Source of the DNA: Alphaproteobacteria bacterium | GTDB lineage: Bacteria; Pseudomonadota; Alphaproteobacteria; Bin95 | Direction of reading: 5' to 3' | Length of the DNA: 64,000 nt | NCBI GenBank assembly: GCA_963665325.3 | Contig: CAXXWS020000003.1 | Span: 96,001-160,000 of the forward strand | Shown: positions 33,579 to 43,785 of the stretch, piece after piece | Layout: every line of letters starts with the position of its first letter | Numbering within the stretch: position 1 is the stretch's first letter | Made by a program: the position numbers and the translations under genes | The notes under the pieces: model-generated | What the model was told of the DNA's origin: nothing | What the model saw: only the letters and a program-made list of their open reading frames with translations | Databases searched by the model: none

Positions 33579-34586
33579 ATGAGCACGATGCACGGCATCC
33601 AGAGCGACGCGCATACCCGCGAGCCCGACAAGACGATATCCGTGCGCGAGGTCTTCGGATTCGACACGGACATGATTGCGCCCGCCTTTTCGGAGCCGAA
33701 CGACTACGTGCCCGAGGTCGATCCCACCTACCATTTCGACGAACAGACCACGCTCGTGATCCTGGCCGGCTTCGCCCACAACCGCCGGGTGATGATCCAG
33801 GGCTACCACGGCACCGGCAAATCGACCCATATCGAGCAGGTCGCTGCCCGGCTGAACTGGCCGTGCATCCGCATCAACCTCGACAGCCATGTGAGCCGCA
33901 TCGATCTGGTCGGCCGTGACGCCATCGTCGTGCGCGACGGCAAGCAGGTCACCGAATTCCGCGAGGGCATGCTCCCCTGGGCGCTTCAGCATGCGACCGC
34001 GATCGTCTTCGACGAATACGATGCCGGCCGCCCGGACGTGATGTTCGTCATCCAGCGCGTGCTGGAGGTCGAGGGCAAAATGACGCTGCTCGACCAGAAC
34101 CGGGTCATCCGCCCGCATCCGTCCTTCCGGCTGTTTTCGACCTCCAACACCGTCGGCCTCGGCGACACGACCGGCCTCTATCACGGCACCCAGCAGATCA
34201 ACCAGGGCCAGATGGACCGCTGGAACGTGGTGGCGACCTTGAACTACCTGCCCGAGGACGACGAGCTGAAGATCGTCCTCGCCAAGGTGCCGGAGCTCTC
34301 CGACGAAAAGGGGCTCAAACGCGGCAAGCAGATGATCCAGCTCGCCGAACTCACCCGCCGGGGCTTCATGAACGGGGACATCTCGACCGTCATGTCGCCG
34401 CGCACCGTCATCACCTGGGCTGAGAACACGCGCATCTTCAACGATCTCGGCTTTGCGTTCCGCGTCACATTCCTCAACAAGTGCGACGAGGCGGAGCGGC
34501 CGATCGTGGCGGAATACTTCCAGCGCTGCTTCGACAGCGAGCTGCCCGAGTCGGTGGTGGCCTCGGGGATCGGCCTCACCCCATGA
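33579..34586 (+). CDS. cobS: Cobaltochelatase subunit CobS (AAA+)
   Basis: [50 protein letters not shown]. Confidence 0.95.
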   Translation: MSTMHGIQSDAHTREPDKTISVREVFGFDTDMIAPAFSEPNDYVPEVDPTYHFDEQTTLVILAGFAHNRRVMIQGYHGTGKSTHIEQVAARLNWPCIRINLDSHVSRIDLVGRDAIVVRDGKQVTEFREGMLPWALQHATAIVFDEYDAGRPDVMFVIQRVLEVEGKMTLLDQNRVIRPHPSFRLFSTSNTVGLGDTTGLYHGTQQINQGQMDRWNVVATLNYLPEDDELKIVLAKVPELSDEKGLKRGKQMIQLAELTRRGFMNGDISTVMSPRTVITWAENTRIFNDLGFAFRVTFLNKCDEAERPIVAEYFQRCFDSELPESVVASGIGLTP

Positions 34587-36448
34587 GTCTCACCGGCGAC
34601 AAGGAGACGCCGCTCGACGCTTTCAAGCGGGTGACCGGCGCCACGATGCGCGCCATGGGCGACATCGACGAGCTGGAAGTCTCCTTCGGTCCGGACAGGG
34701 CATCCTTGGAGCGCGGCCACGCCAAACTGCCGATGCCGGGCCGCGACCTTCCACCCGCCGAGGCCGCCTTCGTGCGCGGCGAGGCCGACTCGCTGGCGCT
34801 CCGCGAGCGCCATCACGACGCGGTGGTGCATGCCCGGCTCTCGCGGGGCGGGCCGCAGGCGCGTGCGGTGTTCGACGCGCTGGAGCAGGCGCGGGTGGAG
34901 GCCTGGGGCTCGCGTTACATGGCGGGCGCGGCGCGAAATCTCTCGGAGGCGGTCGATGAGCGTTGCCGCCGGCAGGGCTACGCCCGCGCCTCCTCCGCCG
35001 ACGATGTGCCGCTGGCGGAAGCTGTCGGGCTCTATGCCCGCGAAACCCTCTCCGGGCGGGCCGCTTCGCCCGTGGCGGCCGGGGTCCTCGACCTCTGGCG
35101 CGATTGGTTCGACCAGCGCGCGGCGGACGCCTTCGCCGATCTGGCGGGCCAGATTCACGACCAGGAGGCGTTTGCGACGCTGGCCGGGCGCCTGATGGAA
35201 GACCTGGAGCTGCTGGACGACTCCGCTTCGGGCGAAGAAGAAGGGTCCGAGGACGACGCCGACGATGCCTCCGAGGACGGCGAGGGCGACGGGGCGGAGG
35301 GCGAAAGCGACGGCACGCTGATGTCCGATGCTTCGGACATGTCGGACGCCGAAGGGGAAGATACCGGCGAGTCCGGCGATGACGACGCCGATGCGGAAAT
35401 CATGCCGGGCATGGGCGACGAGGAACCCGGGCGGTCCTCGCCGCAGGAACACCCGATGCACGGCCGCAACGACAATGCCGGTCCGGCCTACTTGCCGTGG
35501 ACGGGCGAATTCGACGAAATCATCCATGCGGACGAGCTTTGCGACGCGGACGAGCTCGCCCGGCTGCGCCATCATCTCGACCAGCAGCTCGCCAGCCTCC
35601 AGGGCGTCGTCAGCCGGCTGGCCAACCGCCTGCAGCGGCGACTGATGGCCCAGCAGGTGCGGGCCTGGCAGTTCGACCTGGAAGAGGGCCTGCTCGACGC
35701 TGCACGCCTGGCGCGCGTCGTCGCCGACCCGATCCATTCGCTGTCCTACAAGATGGAGAAGCAGACCGATTTCCGCGACACCGTGGTATCGCTGCTGATC
35801 GACAATTCCGGCTCGATGCGCGGCCGGCCGATTTCGGTGGCGGCCATGAGCGCCGACATCCTCGCGCGCACGCTGGAGCGGTGCGGCGTCAAGACCGAGG
35901 TTCTGGGCTTTACCACACGCGCCTGGAAGGGCGGGCAGTCGCGCGAGAAATGGCTGGCGGCCGGCAAGCCCGCCAATCCGGGCCGGCTGAACGACCTGCG
36001 CCATATCATCTACAAGGAAGCCGATTCGCCGCTGCGCCGGGCGCGCAAGAATCTCGGGCTGATGCTCCGCGAGGGCATCCTGAAGGAAAACATAGACGGC
36101 GAGGCGCTGCTCTGGGCGCACCACCGCCTGCTCGGCCGGCCCGAGGACAGGCGCATCCTGATGGTCATCTCCGACGGCGCTCCGGTGGACGACTCTACGC
36201 TGTCGGTCAATCCCGGCAACTATCTCGAACGCCATCTGCGCGAGGTCATCGAGTGGATCGAGACGCGCTCGCCGGTGGAACTGATCGCCATCGGCATCGG
36301 CCACGACGTGACGCGCTACTACCGCCATGCGGTGACGATCTTCGACGCCGACCAGCTCGGCGGCGCGATGATGGAGCAGCTCGCCGGCCTCTTCGACGAG
36401 GAAAGCCGCCGCCAGCAGGGGCGCAAGGCGGGCAGGCCATCGCGGTGA
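34583..36448 (+). CDS. cobT: Cobaltochelatase subunit CobT (vWA)
   Basis: Acidic linker; [36 protein letters not shown]. Confidence 0.95.
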   Translation: MSLTGDKETPLDAFKRVTGATMRAMGDIDELEVSFGPDRASLERGHAKLPMPGRDLPPAEAAFVRGEADSLALRERHHDAVVHARLSRGGPQARAVFDALEQARVEAWGSRYMAGAARNLSEAVDERCRRQGYARASSADDVPLAEAVGLYARETLSGRAASPVAAGVLDLWRDWFDQRAADAFADLAGQIHDQEAFATLAGRLMEDLELLDDSASGEEEGSEDDADDASEDGEGDGAEGESDGTLMSDASDMSDAEGEDTGESGDDDADAEIMPGMGDEEPGRSSPQEHPMHGRNDNAGPAYLPWTGEFDEIIHADELCDADELARLRHHLDQQLASLQGVVSRLANRLQRRLMAQQVRAWQFDLEEGLLDAARLARVVADPIHSLSYKMEKQTDFRDTVVSLLIDNSGSMRGRPISVAAMSADILARTLERCGVKTEVLGFTTRAWKGGQSREKWLAAGKPANPGRLNDLRHIIYKEADSPLRRARKNLGLMLREGILKENIDGEALLWAHHRLLGRPEDRRILMVISDGAPVDDSTLSVNPGNYLERHLREVIEWIETRSPVELIAIGIGHDVTRYYRHAVTIFDADQLGGAMMEQLAGLFDEESRRQQGRKAGRPSR

Positions 36449-38112
36449 CCGTTCCGCTCAGGCCGCGCGCGGCGCTGGCGACGCATGAGGTCTTCAACAT
36501 GCCGCCCCACCTGGGCGACCGGGACCTGTGGACGCAGGATGCGGCGCTGCGGGAGGGCGTGCGGCGCGAGGGGGCGGCCTGGGCCGAGGAGCGCATCGCC
36601 GCGTTCGGGCGCCTTGTCGGCCGCGCCGATGTGGCGGAGAAGGCGGAAAAGGCCAACCGCCACGGCCCGGAACTGAAACCGTTCGACCGCTACGGCATGC
36701 GGATCGACCGGGTCGAATACCACCCCGCCTATCACGACCTTGTGGCGCTCGCGGTCGAGAACGAGGTTGCGAGCTTCGCCTGGAACCATGCCGGGCCGGG
36801 CGCGCATGTCGGCCACATGGCGCTGACCTATCTGTTCAGTCAGATGGAAGGCGGCGCGATGTGCCCGATGGCGATGACCTATGCGGCGATCCCCGCACTC
36901 AACGCGTCGCCGGAAATCGCCGAAGCCTGGATCCCCCGCCTGCTGTCGAACCGCTATGACGGGCGCGACGTGCCGGTCGAACAAAAGCCCGGCGCCACCA
37001 TCGGCATGTTCATGACCGAGAAGCAGGGCGGTTCGGACGTCCGTTCCAACTCGACGCTTGCCAGGCCCGCGGATGGCGCGGCGGACGGGTCCTGGCGGCT
37101 TATCGGGCACAAATATTTCTGCTCCGCGCCCATGTCCGACGCCTTCCTGACGCTCGCCCGGACCGATGCCGGCATTTCCTGCTTCCTGCTGCCGCGCTGG
37201 ACCCCGGACGGGGAACGCAACGCCATTTCGATCCAGCATCTCAAGGACAAGCTCGGCAACCGCTCCAACGCCTCGGTGGAGATCGAGTTCGAGGATGCCT
37301 GGGCGGTCATGGTCGGCGAGGACGGGCGCGGCATCCGCACGATCATCGACATGGTGCAGGGCAACCGGCTCTATTGCGCTGTCAGCTCAGCGGCGATCAT
37401 GCGCCAGGGCGTCGCACAGGCCCTTCACCACACCCGCCACCGCAGCGCCTTCCAGCGCCGGCTCGTCGACCAGCCGCTGATGCGCAATGTGCTGGCCGAC
37501 CTGGCGCTCGAAGCCGAGGCGGCGCTGGCGCTTGGCCTCCGGATTGCGCGCGCCGTGGACGAGGCCGGCGACGGCCCGGAGGCGCAGGCATTTGCGCGCA
37601 TCGGCACGGCGATCGCCAAATACTGGGTCTGCAAGCGCGCCCCGGGCCATGCCTTCGAGGCGCTGGAGTGCCATGGCGGGCCCGGATATGTCGAGGACGG
37701 GCCGATGGCCCGGCTCTACCGCGAGGCGCCGCTCAACAGCATCTGGGAAGGCTCGGGCAATGTGCTCTGCCTCGACGTGCTGCGCGCCATGGCCCGGCAG
37801 GAGGAGGCCGTGCCGGCACTGCTGGCCGAGCTCGACGCCGCCCGCGGCGCGCACCCGGCGCTCGACAGGGCAGCCGACGCGCTCAGGGACGACCTCGCAA
37901 GGCCGGAAGAGTTCGAGACCGGCGCCCGCGCACTCACCGAGCGGATGGCACTGGCGCTGCAGGCCTCGCTGCTCGTCCGCCACGCGCCGCCGGCCGTCTC
38001 TGACGCCTTCTGCGCCGCTCGGCTGGGCGAACGCTGGACCGGCGCCTACGGCACCCTTCCGCCCGCAACCGACACCGACGCCATCCTCGCCCGCGCCCTG
38101 CCGGCGGCGTGA
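36445..38112 (+). CDS. Acyl-CoA dehydrogenase, AidB-like
   Basis: [51 protein letters not shown]. Confidence 0.92.
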   Translation: MTVPLRPRAALATHEVFNMPPHLGDRDLWTQDAALREGVRREGAAWAEERIAAFGRLVGRADVAEKAEKANRHGPELKPFDRYGMRIDRVEYHPAYHDLVALAVENEVASFAWNHAGPGAHVGHMALTYLFSQMEGGAMCPMAMTYAAIPALNASPEIAEAWIPRLLSNRYDGRDVPVEQKPGATIGMFMTEKQGGSDVRSNSTLARPADGAADGSWRLIGHKYFCSAPMSDAFLTLARTDAGISCFLLPRWTPDGERNAISIQHLKDKLGNRSNASVEIEFEDAWAVMVGEDGRGIRTIIDMVQGNRLYCAVSSAAIMRQGVAQALHHTRHRSAFQRRLVDQPLMRNVLADLALEAEAALALGLRIARAVDEAGDGPEAQAFARIGTAIAKYWVCKRAPGHAFEALECHGGPGYVEDGPMARLYREAPLNSIWEGSGNVLCLDVLRAMARQEEAVPALLAELDAARGAHPALDRAADALRDDLARPEEFETGARALTERMALALQASLLVRHAPPAVSDAFCAARLGERWTGAYGTLPPATDTDAILARALPAA

Positions 38113-38288
38113 CGCGACGGCGAAAGAACGGTATCCGACAGGCCCGGGCCGGTATGAGAGCCCCGCCGACTCTGTCGCCGCCCCGCCCCTGAGCCGAGGC
38201 CATCCACGGGCCCGCAAGCCGGCCACTGGCTGCGCTTCACGGCAGTCTATACTGTGGCGAGGTCACAGGTTCGAAACCCGATCACGAC

Positions 38289-38849
38289 ATGCGGGCGACC
38301 GGCAGCATGAAGCCAAGACCCCGAGCTATCATCCGGCGGCATATTCTCGCGCTTGCTGCGCTTGCAATCGCGATACTGTTCTTCGCCTACGACATTGTCG
38401 CGGACTGGTTGTACGAAGACGAATACGGGACCTTTCACTTTCTTGTCGAACTCGTCGTGTTTGTCGGCGTATCCATGGCGCTCATTTTCGGCCTCAGGGA
38501 CCTGCGCCGATTGCGCGTTCGGTTGAACCGCGAGGAGCACCGGAACAGGCTGTTCTCCACGGCGCTCGCGGAAAGCATCGACGAGCAGTTGGATGAATGG
38601 CGGATGACCCGGAGCGAAAAAGACGTCGCCTGGTTCATTATCAAGGGGTACCGCTTTGCCGAGATCGCCAGGATCCGCGGAGTCAAGGAAAGCACAGCGC
38701 GGTTGCAGGCCACTTCTCTCTATGCGAAGGCCGACGTAAACGGGCGGGCGGAATTCGTTGCCGAAATCATTCAGCCGCTGCTGATGTCCATTCCGAGCGA
38801 CTCCTCACCTCGCGACAGCGAAGCCGGCGGCAGGACGAATCCACCTTGA
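38289..38849 (+). CDS. Membrane-anchored LuxR-type HTH regulator
   Basis: Two hydrophobic helices, then WRMTRSEKDVAWFIIKG..FAEIARIRGVKESTARLQATSLYAKA...RAEFV; alternative start at 38307. Confidence 0.85.
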   Translation: MRATGSMKPRPRAIIRRHILALAALAIAILFFAYDIVADWLYEDEYGTFHFLVELVVFVGVSMALIFGLRDLRRLRVRLNREEHRNRLFSTALAESIDEQLDEWRMTRSEKDVAWFIIKGYRFAEIARIRGVKESTARLQATSLYAKADVNGRAEFVAEIIQPLLMSIPSDSSPRDSEAGGRTNPP

Positions 38850-40408
38850 AGCCGCGACAAGTTCCCGGTGGCGACACCTGGTTCTGCATTCGGCGAAACG
38901 GATCGGTCCGGCGCAAGGGTTGGATCGAGGGCGGCCCGCTGGCCGGGATACGCCGCATTGTCGGCGCGCGCTCCGATGAGGCAGTGGAATTGTGCATTGC
39001 CAGCGACTTCCGGCGCGTAGCGCACAAGCGTTTCGCACGCGCGTTCTATCCTCGCGCCTGCGGACTGGTCGGGATGGAGGTGGCTTTCCGCGGTGAGATT
39101 GTCCGCTTCGCGCCAACACACATGCTGGCTGCCAACCTTGGGTTCCGCCGCGCTCTGGAGAGATTCCTCGACGAGCGGGAGGCCAGCCGCGACGACTTCG
39201 CGAGAGAGGGCGCTCTCCGCGCCTTCCGCGCCGAGCAGTACCTGTTGCCCCCGGGAAACGGGCGCGGGCCTGTAGAGCTTTTTCGCGGCGGGACCCTGGT
39301 TGAAGCCGTATCGACCGGCGACACGGACTGCGCGGCGGACCTTGAAGACGGAATCGGGCAGTGGATGCTTCGCAACCTGTCCGCTGACGGAGCGCTGCCT
39401 TACAAATACTGGCCGAGCCGCGGCACGGAATCGCCTGCGGACAATGCTATTCGCCGCTTCCTGGCATCGTTGTCCCTCGCTCGTCTGGGCGAGTTCCGCC
39501 GCTCTGCGGAAATCCGCGAAGCCGCACGGCGAAACCTGCGCTTCAACCTGGCGCGGTATTTTCGGGCGATAGGCGGCGGTCGAGGAGCCATCGTGGAGCG
39601 CACCGGAGCGAAGCTCGGCGCCGCCGCGCTCGCCGGGCTGGCAATTATCGAAAATCCTGCGAGAGAAGAGTTTGCCGACGAACTGGCCATGCTGGCGGCA
39701 GGCATCGAGTCTCTTGCGGACGACGAGCATGGGTTCCGCACGTTCTTTTTCCCGGCCGAGCGCGATGGCGAGAATTGGAACTTCTATTCCGGGGAAGCAC
39801 TGCTGTTCTGGGCCGAGGCGGCGCGAAGAGGGCTTTCGATTGCGCCGAGCCTGGAGCGGTGCGCCTCAGCGTTCGAGCGGTGTCGCGAAAGGCACTATCG
39901 GAAACGGAATCCTGCTTTCGTGCCTTGGCACACCCAGGCTTGCGCGTCGTTGTTCGCCCAGACCGGGCGGCGCGAATTCGCGGAATTCGTGCTGGAGGCG
40001 AACGACTGGCTCCTGGCGATGCAGCAGTGGGACGGACTCGATCCCGACTTGCGCGGGAGGTTCTACAATCCGCGCCGTCCCGAATTCGGCCCGCCGCACG
40101 CGGCGTCCACCGGAGCGTATCTGGAAGGGCTGGCGGACGCAGCAGCGCTGGCCCGTGCGCTCGGCGAAACGCGGCGGGCTTCGAGCTACGAGCGGGCCAT
40201 TCGTCGTGGGCTGAGGTCCCTGCGGCAACTGCAATTTAGAGATTGGCGCGACATGTACTATGTCTCCAGGACACGCCGCGTTCTTGGCGCATTGCGGACA
40301 GAAGTTTACGACAACGCCGTGCGAGTAGACTCAGCGGCCCACGCCCTCCTGGCGGCGATCAAGATACTCAGACCAATGGAATTCGATAGCCGCCCTTCAG
40401 ACGTGTGA
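38846..40408 (+). CDS. Uncharacterised enzyme: AMMECR1-like N-terminal region plus alpha/alpha-toroid-like domain
   Basis: TTG start overlaps the LuxR stop (TTGA). Motifs GALPYKYWP, KLGAAALAGLA, NFYSGEAL, FVPWHTQA, GALRT...VRVDSAAHAL. Fold assignment is recalled resemblance, not a search result. Confidence 0.7.
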   Translation: MKPRQVPGGDTWFCIRRNGSVRRKGWIEGGPLAGIRRIVGARSDEAVELCIASDFRRVAHKRFARAFYPRACGLVGMEVAFRGEIVRFAPTHMLAANLGFRRALERFLDEREASRDDFAREGALRAFRAEQYLLPPGNGRGPVELFRGGTLVEAVSTGDTDCAADLEDGIGQWMLRNLSADGALPYKYWPSRGTESPADNAIRRFLASLSLARLGEFRRSAEIREAARRNLRFNLARYFRAIGGGRGAIVERTGAKLGAAALAGLAIIENPAREEFADELAMLAAGIESLADDEHGFRTFFFPAERDGENWNFYSGEALLFWAEAARRGLSIAPSLERCASAFERCRERHYRKRNPAFVPWHTQACASLFAQTGRREFAEFVLEANDWLLAMQQWDGLDPDLRGRFYNPRRPEFGPPHAASTGAYLEGLADAAALARALGETRRASSYERAIRRGLRSLRQLQFRDWRDMYYVSRTRRVLGALRTEVYDNAVRVDSAAHALLAAIKILRPMEFDSRPSDV

Positions 40409-41044
40409 CCGCGACGATGTTTCAGGGTGAGGGGGCAAGACGTGGAGCCCGCGGCCAGGGGCCGGGAGGACATCGAATATCAGATGTACACGGGGCTCGG
40501 AGGAAGGATTGTCGGCGAAGTGCCGAGCCTTGTTGTCGAATGCCCAGAGCTCTCCCTCATGCATCACGACAGTCTCGTCGCCGGCGGTAAGCGGACTTCC
40601 CTCTGCGCTCTTCAAGACCAGATGCAGCCGGTCCCGGACCCGGTAGTAAGCCCCGGCATCGACATGGGGGAAAACCCGGCATTGCGGCAACAGCGTCACC
40701 AGGGTCGCCCGCCCCAGCCCGGCTTCGAGCTCAGCGGCAACCCGCTCGCAGAACGCCAATGCGAGAGGAAGTTTCCCGGCTGCCGGTGTAAGCCGGCTCT
40801 CATGGACATCGTTGGCATTCCTTGCACCCGGCGGAAGCGGCTTTTTCGGCGCGCGGAGGAAGATGTTCCGGGTATGGCGTTGGCAACGAACCTTTCGCTG
40901 ACGACTCGTGTCCACCGACCACATTTCCGGCGCGGCATCCAATTCTCTCAACAACGGAACGATGTCCACGCATTCTGCGATCCGGGTGAAATGGGCCCGG
41001 CCGTCTGCAATTCCGGAGTTCGTCATCGTCTTTCTCCCCGACAT
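40397..41044 (-). CDS. Aspartyl/asparaginyl beta-hydroxylase-family 2OG-Fe(II) oxygenase
   Basis: HxD (FPHVDAG), RLHLVL, GELWAFDNKARH (distal His), PRVHLIFD (2OG-binding Arg); no signal peptide. Confidence 0.88.
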   Translation of the reverse strand: MSGRKTMTNSGIADGRAHFTRIAECVDIVPLLRELDAAPEMWSVDTSRQRKVRCQRHTRNIFLRAPKKPLPPGARNANDVHESRLTPAAGKLPLALAFCERVAAELEAGLGRATLVTLLPQCRVFPHVDAGAYYRVRDRLHLVLKSAEGSPLTAGDETVVMHEGELWAFDNKARHFADNPSSEPRVHLIFDVLPAPGRGLHVLPPHPETSSRSHV

Positions 41045-41050
41045 AAACCT

Positions 41051-41296
41051 TCAGGATCCGGCTGGAGTCGCGCCGCAGGCGCGGGCCTGTTCTCTCATTG
41101 AGGCGTAGTCTTTCAGCATCGCAACGATCGCCGAGTCCTCGGGCAGCCGTTCGATCTCGCTCGCGGCCCGCTCCCGGAAGTCTGCGGCATAAGCGACCAG
41201 GGACGGACAGGCACCTGTAGACCCGGTTTCAGAAGCTCCCGTCGCGCAGGCCGTCAACAAGACCGTCGCGGCCGCCAGACTGATTATTCGTCTCAT
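41051..41296 (-). CDS. Small lipoprotein (81 aa), o-spanin/Rz1-like
   Basis: [17 protein letters not shown] lipobox, CPSLVAY...[12 protein letters not shown]; its start lies inside the 3' end of the GD-repeat gene in another frame. Confidence 0.75.
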   Translation of the reverse strand: MRRIISLAAATVLLTACATGASETGSTGACPSLVAYAADFRERAASEIERLPEDSAIVAMLKDYASMREQARACGATPAGS

Positions 41297-41981
41297 TGTT
41301 GCCGCCCTTGCTGCCGTCGCCATCTCCGTCACCATCGCCATCCCCGTCGCCATCGCCGTCGCCATCCCCATCCCCGTCACCGTCGCCATCGCCGTCTCCG
41401 TCTCCGTCGCCATCGCCGTCTCCGTCTCCGTCGCCATCGCCGTCTCCGTCTCCGTCGCCATCGCCGTCTCCGTCCCCGTCCCCATCGCCGTCTCCATCCC
41501 CGTCGCCGTCTCCATCCCCGTCGCCGTCTCCATCCCCGTCGCCATCGCCGTCCCCATCCCCGTCGCCGTCTCCGTCCCCATCCCCGTCGCCGTCCCCATC
41601 CCCGTCTCCGTCTCCGTCCCCGTCTCCGTCTCCGTCTCCGTCCCCGTCGCCGTCTCCGTCCCCATCCCCGTCGCCGTCCCCATCCCCGTCGCCGTCTCCG
41701 TCTCCATCGCCGTCGCCGTCTCCGTCCCCGTCGCCATCGCCATCGCCGTCTCCGTCCCCGTCGCCATCGCCATCGCCATCGCCGTCTCCGTCCCCGTCCC
41801 CGTCGCCATCGCCATCGCCGTTGGCGCGAGCTTCCTGGAAAATATGAGGTGGCGCTTTTCCACCCAGAATGTGGATTCCGTTGCTCATCGTCAGGACAAA
41901 CGTCACAAGGAGGCCGCTCAGAGCCAGAGCCAGTCGCCGCAGAAAAGTCGGTGTACGCCCGTGAACCTTCTTCGAATTCAT
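41229..41981 (-). CDS. Signal/TM-anchored poly(Gly-Asp) protein, 250 aa with (GD)84
   Basis: GGGAG RBS before ATG 41981; basic N-terminus, hydrophobic helix [18 protein letters not shown], then 84 GD pairs and a 28-aa tail. Codons vary only synonymously (GGN GAY). Confidence 0.85.
   Translation of the reverse strand: MNSKKVHGRTPTFLRRLALALSGLLVTFVLTMSNGIHILGGKAPPHIFQEARANGDGDGDGDGDGDGDGDGDGDGDGDGDGDGDGDGDGDGDGDGDGDGDGDGDGDGDGDGDGDGDGDGDGDGDGDGDGDGDGDGDGDGDGDGDGDGDGDGDGDGDGDGDGDGDGDGDGDGDGDGDGDGDGDGDGDGDGDGDGDGDGDGDGDGDGDGDGDGDGDGDGDGDGDGSKGGNNETNNQSGGRDGLVDGLRDGSF
41316..41819 (-). repeat. Degenerate hexanucleotide repeat (GGNGAY)84
   Basis: 504 bp of RTCNCC units on the + strand. Confidence 0.97.
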
Positions 41982-42294
41982 GACGCCTGCTCCCGCGAAT
42001 CCATCGGGTTTCACGGAAGAGCGTCCCGCTATTCGAATGGCGGCGCCACAGCCCTTTGTTATAAGAGCTGCCACTTATAATGTTTGCTATATCCGGAAAG
42101 GAGACGCGGCAAGTCGCGTACGCTGGCGCGCTTGCAACCGCTACCTCATCCGACTCCCGAACGACGTCCCGGCCCTGGTCGAGCTTCCTGCCCAGACGAC
42201 GATGGACTGCACCCCGGCTCGCCGCTGGCGCGGCGTCCGGGGTGACTGTTGGGGACGTTTCGCTGGTCTCGGCTCAAAGAGATCGGATCGTGTT

Positions 42295-43071
42295 CTACCG
42301 CCCCTTGAAGACGGGTTCGCGTTTTTCGATGAAGGCGGCCATGCCTTCCTTCTGGTCTTCGGTGGCGAAGGTCGAGTGGAACATGCGCCGCTCGAACTTC
42401 ACCCCTTCGCTGAGCGGCATTTCGTAGGCGCGGTTCACGCATTCCTTGGTAATCATGACGGCCGGGCGGGATTTCGCCGCAATCGACGCCGCGACCTCGA
42501 CTGCCGTATCGAGCAGCTTGTCGGCGGGCACCACGCGGCTCACAAGGCCGGAGCGCTCCGCCTCCGCCGCATCCATCATCCGCCCGGTCAGGCACATGTC
42601 CATGGTCTTCGACTTGCCGATGAAGCGTGCGAGGCGCTGCGTGCCGCCGCCGCCTGGCAGCGCGCCCAGATTGATCTCGGGCTGGCCGAACCGCGCCGTG
42701 TCGGCGGCGATGATGAAATCGCACATCATGGCCATCTCGCAGCCGCCGCCGAGCGCGTAGCCCGCCACCGCGGCGACCACCGGCTTGCGGCAGCTCGTCA
42801 CCCGCTCCCAGCCCACGGTGATGAAGTCTTCGAGATAGGCATCCATATAGGTCTTCGGCTGCATCTCCTTGATGTCGGCCCCGGCGGCGAAGGCCCTGTC
42901 GGAGCCCGTAATGACGACACAGCCGATGGCGTTGTCGGCCTCGAAGCCGTCGAGCACTTCGGCCAGTTCCGAGATCAGCTTCGCACAAAGCGCATTCAGC
43001 GCCGTCGGGCGGTTCAGGGTGACGATGCCGACCGCCCCCCGGGTTTCGACGAGGATATGTTCGTAGCTCAT
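42295..43071 (-). CDS. Enoyl-CoA hydratase
   Basis: [43 protein letters not shown]. Confidence 0.95.
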   Translation of the reverse strand: MSYEHILVETRGAVGIVTLNRPTALNALCAKLISELAEVLDGFEADNAIGCVVITGSDRAFAAGADIKEMQPKTYMDAYLEDFITVGWERVTSCRKPVVAAVAGYALGGGCEMAMMCDFIIAADTARFGQPEINLGALPGGGGTQRLARFIGKSKTMDMCLTGRMMDAAEAERSGLVSRVVPADKLLDTAVEVAASIAAKSRPAVMITKECVNRAYEMPLSEGVKFERRMFHSTFATEDQKEGMAAFIEKREPVFKGR

Positions 43072-43267
43072 CGGGTGCGCTTCTGCCTCCGTTACAGCAG
43101 CCGTTGAAAGAGGCGCGAATCTGACGCCCGGTTCCCGCAGGGTCAACCGGCCCGGCCGGCGCCGGCGGGGACGAAGCAATCGGGCGGAAGCGCTTCGCGA
43201 ACGGCAGGACCGGGCCATGACCGGAAGCTGCAATTTGTTCAAGAATTCTGAAATAAATCCTGATAGA

Positions 43268-43708
43268 GGGGTTGACCTGAAAATATCCGTGCTAGAATGG
43301 ATCAGGAGGAAGCGGTATCCGCGGGCCGCTTCGCCTGTTGCCTCGCGCCGGCGCGAAAAAACCCCAACGGAACGCACGGGATAAGTGCGCCCTGCATTTG
43401 CCTCGCGCGCGGGCGCAATCAGGCGCGCGAACCGCGCCGGCGCCAACACCCGCCCGCGCCCGCACGCGATACGCGCGAAACAGGGTCCGCCTCCCGGGGG
43501 AACCGGGTGGCGGGAAGAACGGAACGAAACGAGTGCGGAGGGGAAGGCTCATGGCGAAGACGGAGTGGCGGGCAAACCGGGGAACCGGCCGGGAGCTCTC
43601 GTGCGAAACGACAGCATCATGCTCGGACTGGTGACCGGATATGAGCCTTGCGCATAGGGGATCATGACGAAACATGACATTTCATGACACTTCCGTGGGG
43701 TGGGCCCC
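43268..43708 (+). repeat. Dispersed non-coding element, copy B
   Basis: GGGGTTGACC...TGCTAGAAT promoter-like start; exact 32-mer at 43412-43443; CATGAC at 43663, 43673, 43683; ends GTGGGCCCC; homologous to 17951-18340. Confidence 0.85.
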
Positions 43709-43785
43709 GAGGCCGGCAGCGATACGGGCGGCAGCGCCGCCCGAGGCCATGACCGCGGCAGGAATTCCGGGCTAGAATGGCGGCA

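Noticed and set aside
35220-35420. Asp/Glu/Gly-rich tract in cobT as related to the poly-GD system
   Set aside because: An acidic linker is a normal feature of CobT and is not a regular repeat.
38259-38280. tRNA T-arm-like GAGGTCACAGGTTCGAAACCC at the island's left edge (possible att remnant)
   Set aside because: The T-stem pairs poorly, there is no acceptor stem or CCA, no matching copy at the right edge and no integrase.
41296-41847. (Pro-Ser)n ORF on the + strand and the T/M/A/E-rich ORF 41051-41863 across the repeat
   Set aside because: Shadow frames of the GD repeat. The codon restriction fits GGN-GAY only; just the 3' 81 codons of the second ORF (the lipoprotein) look real.
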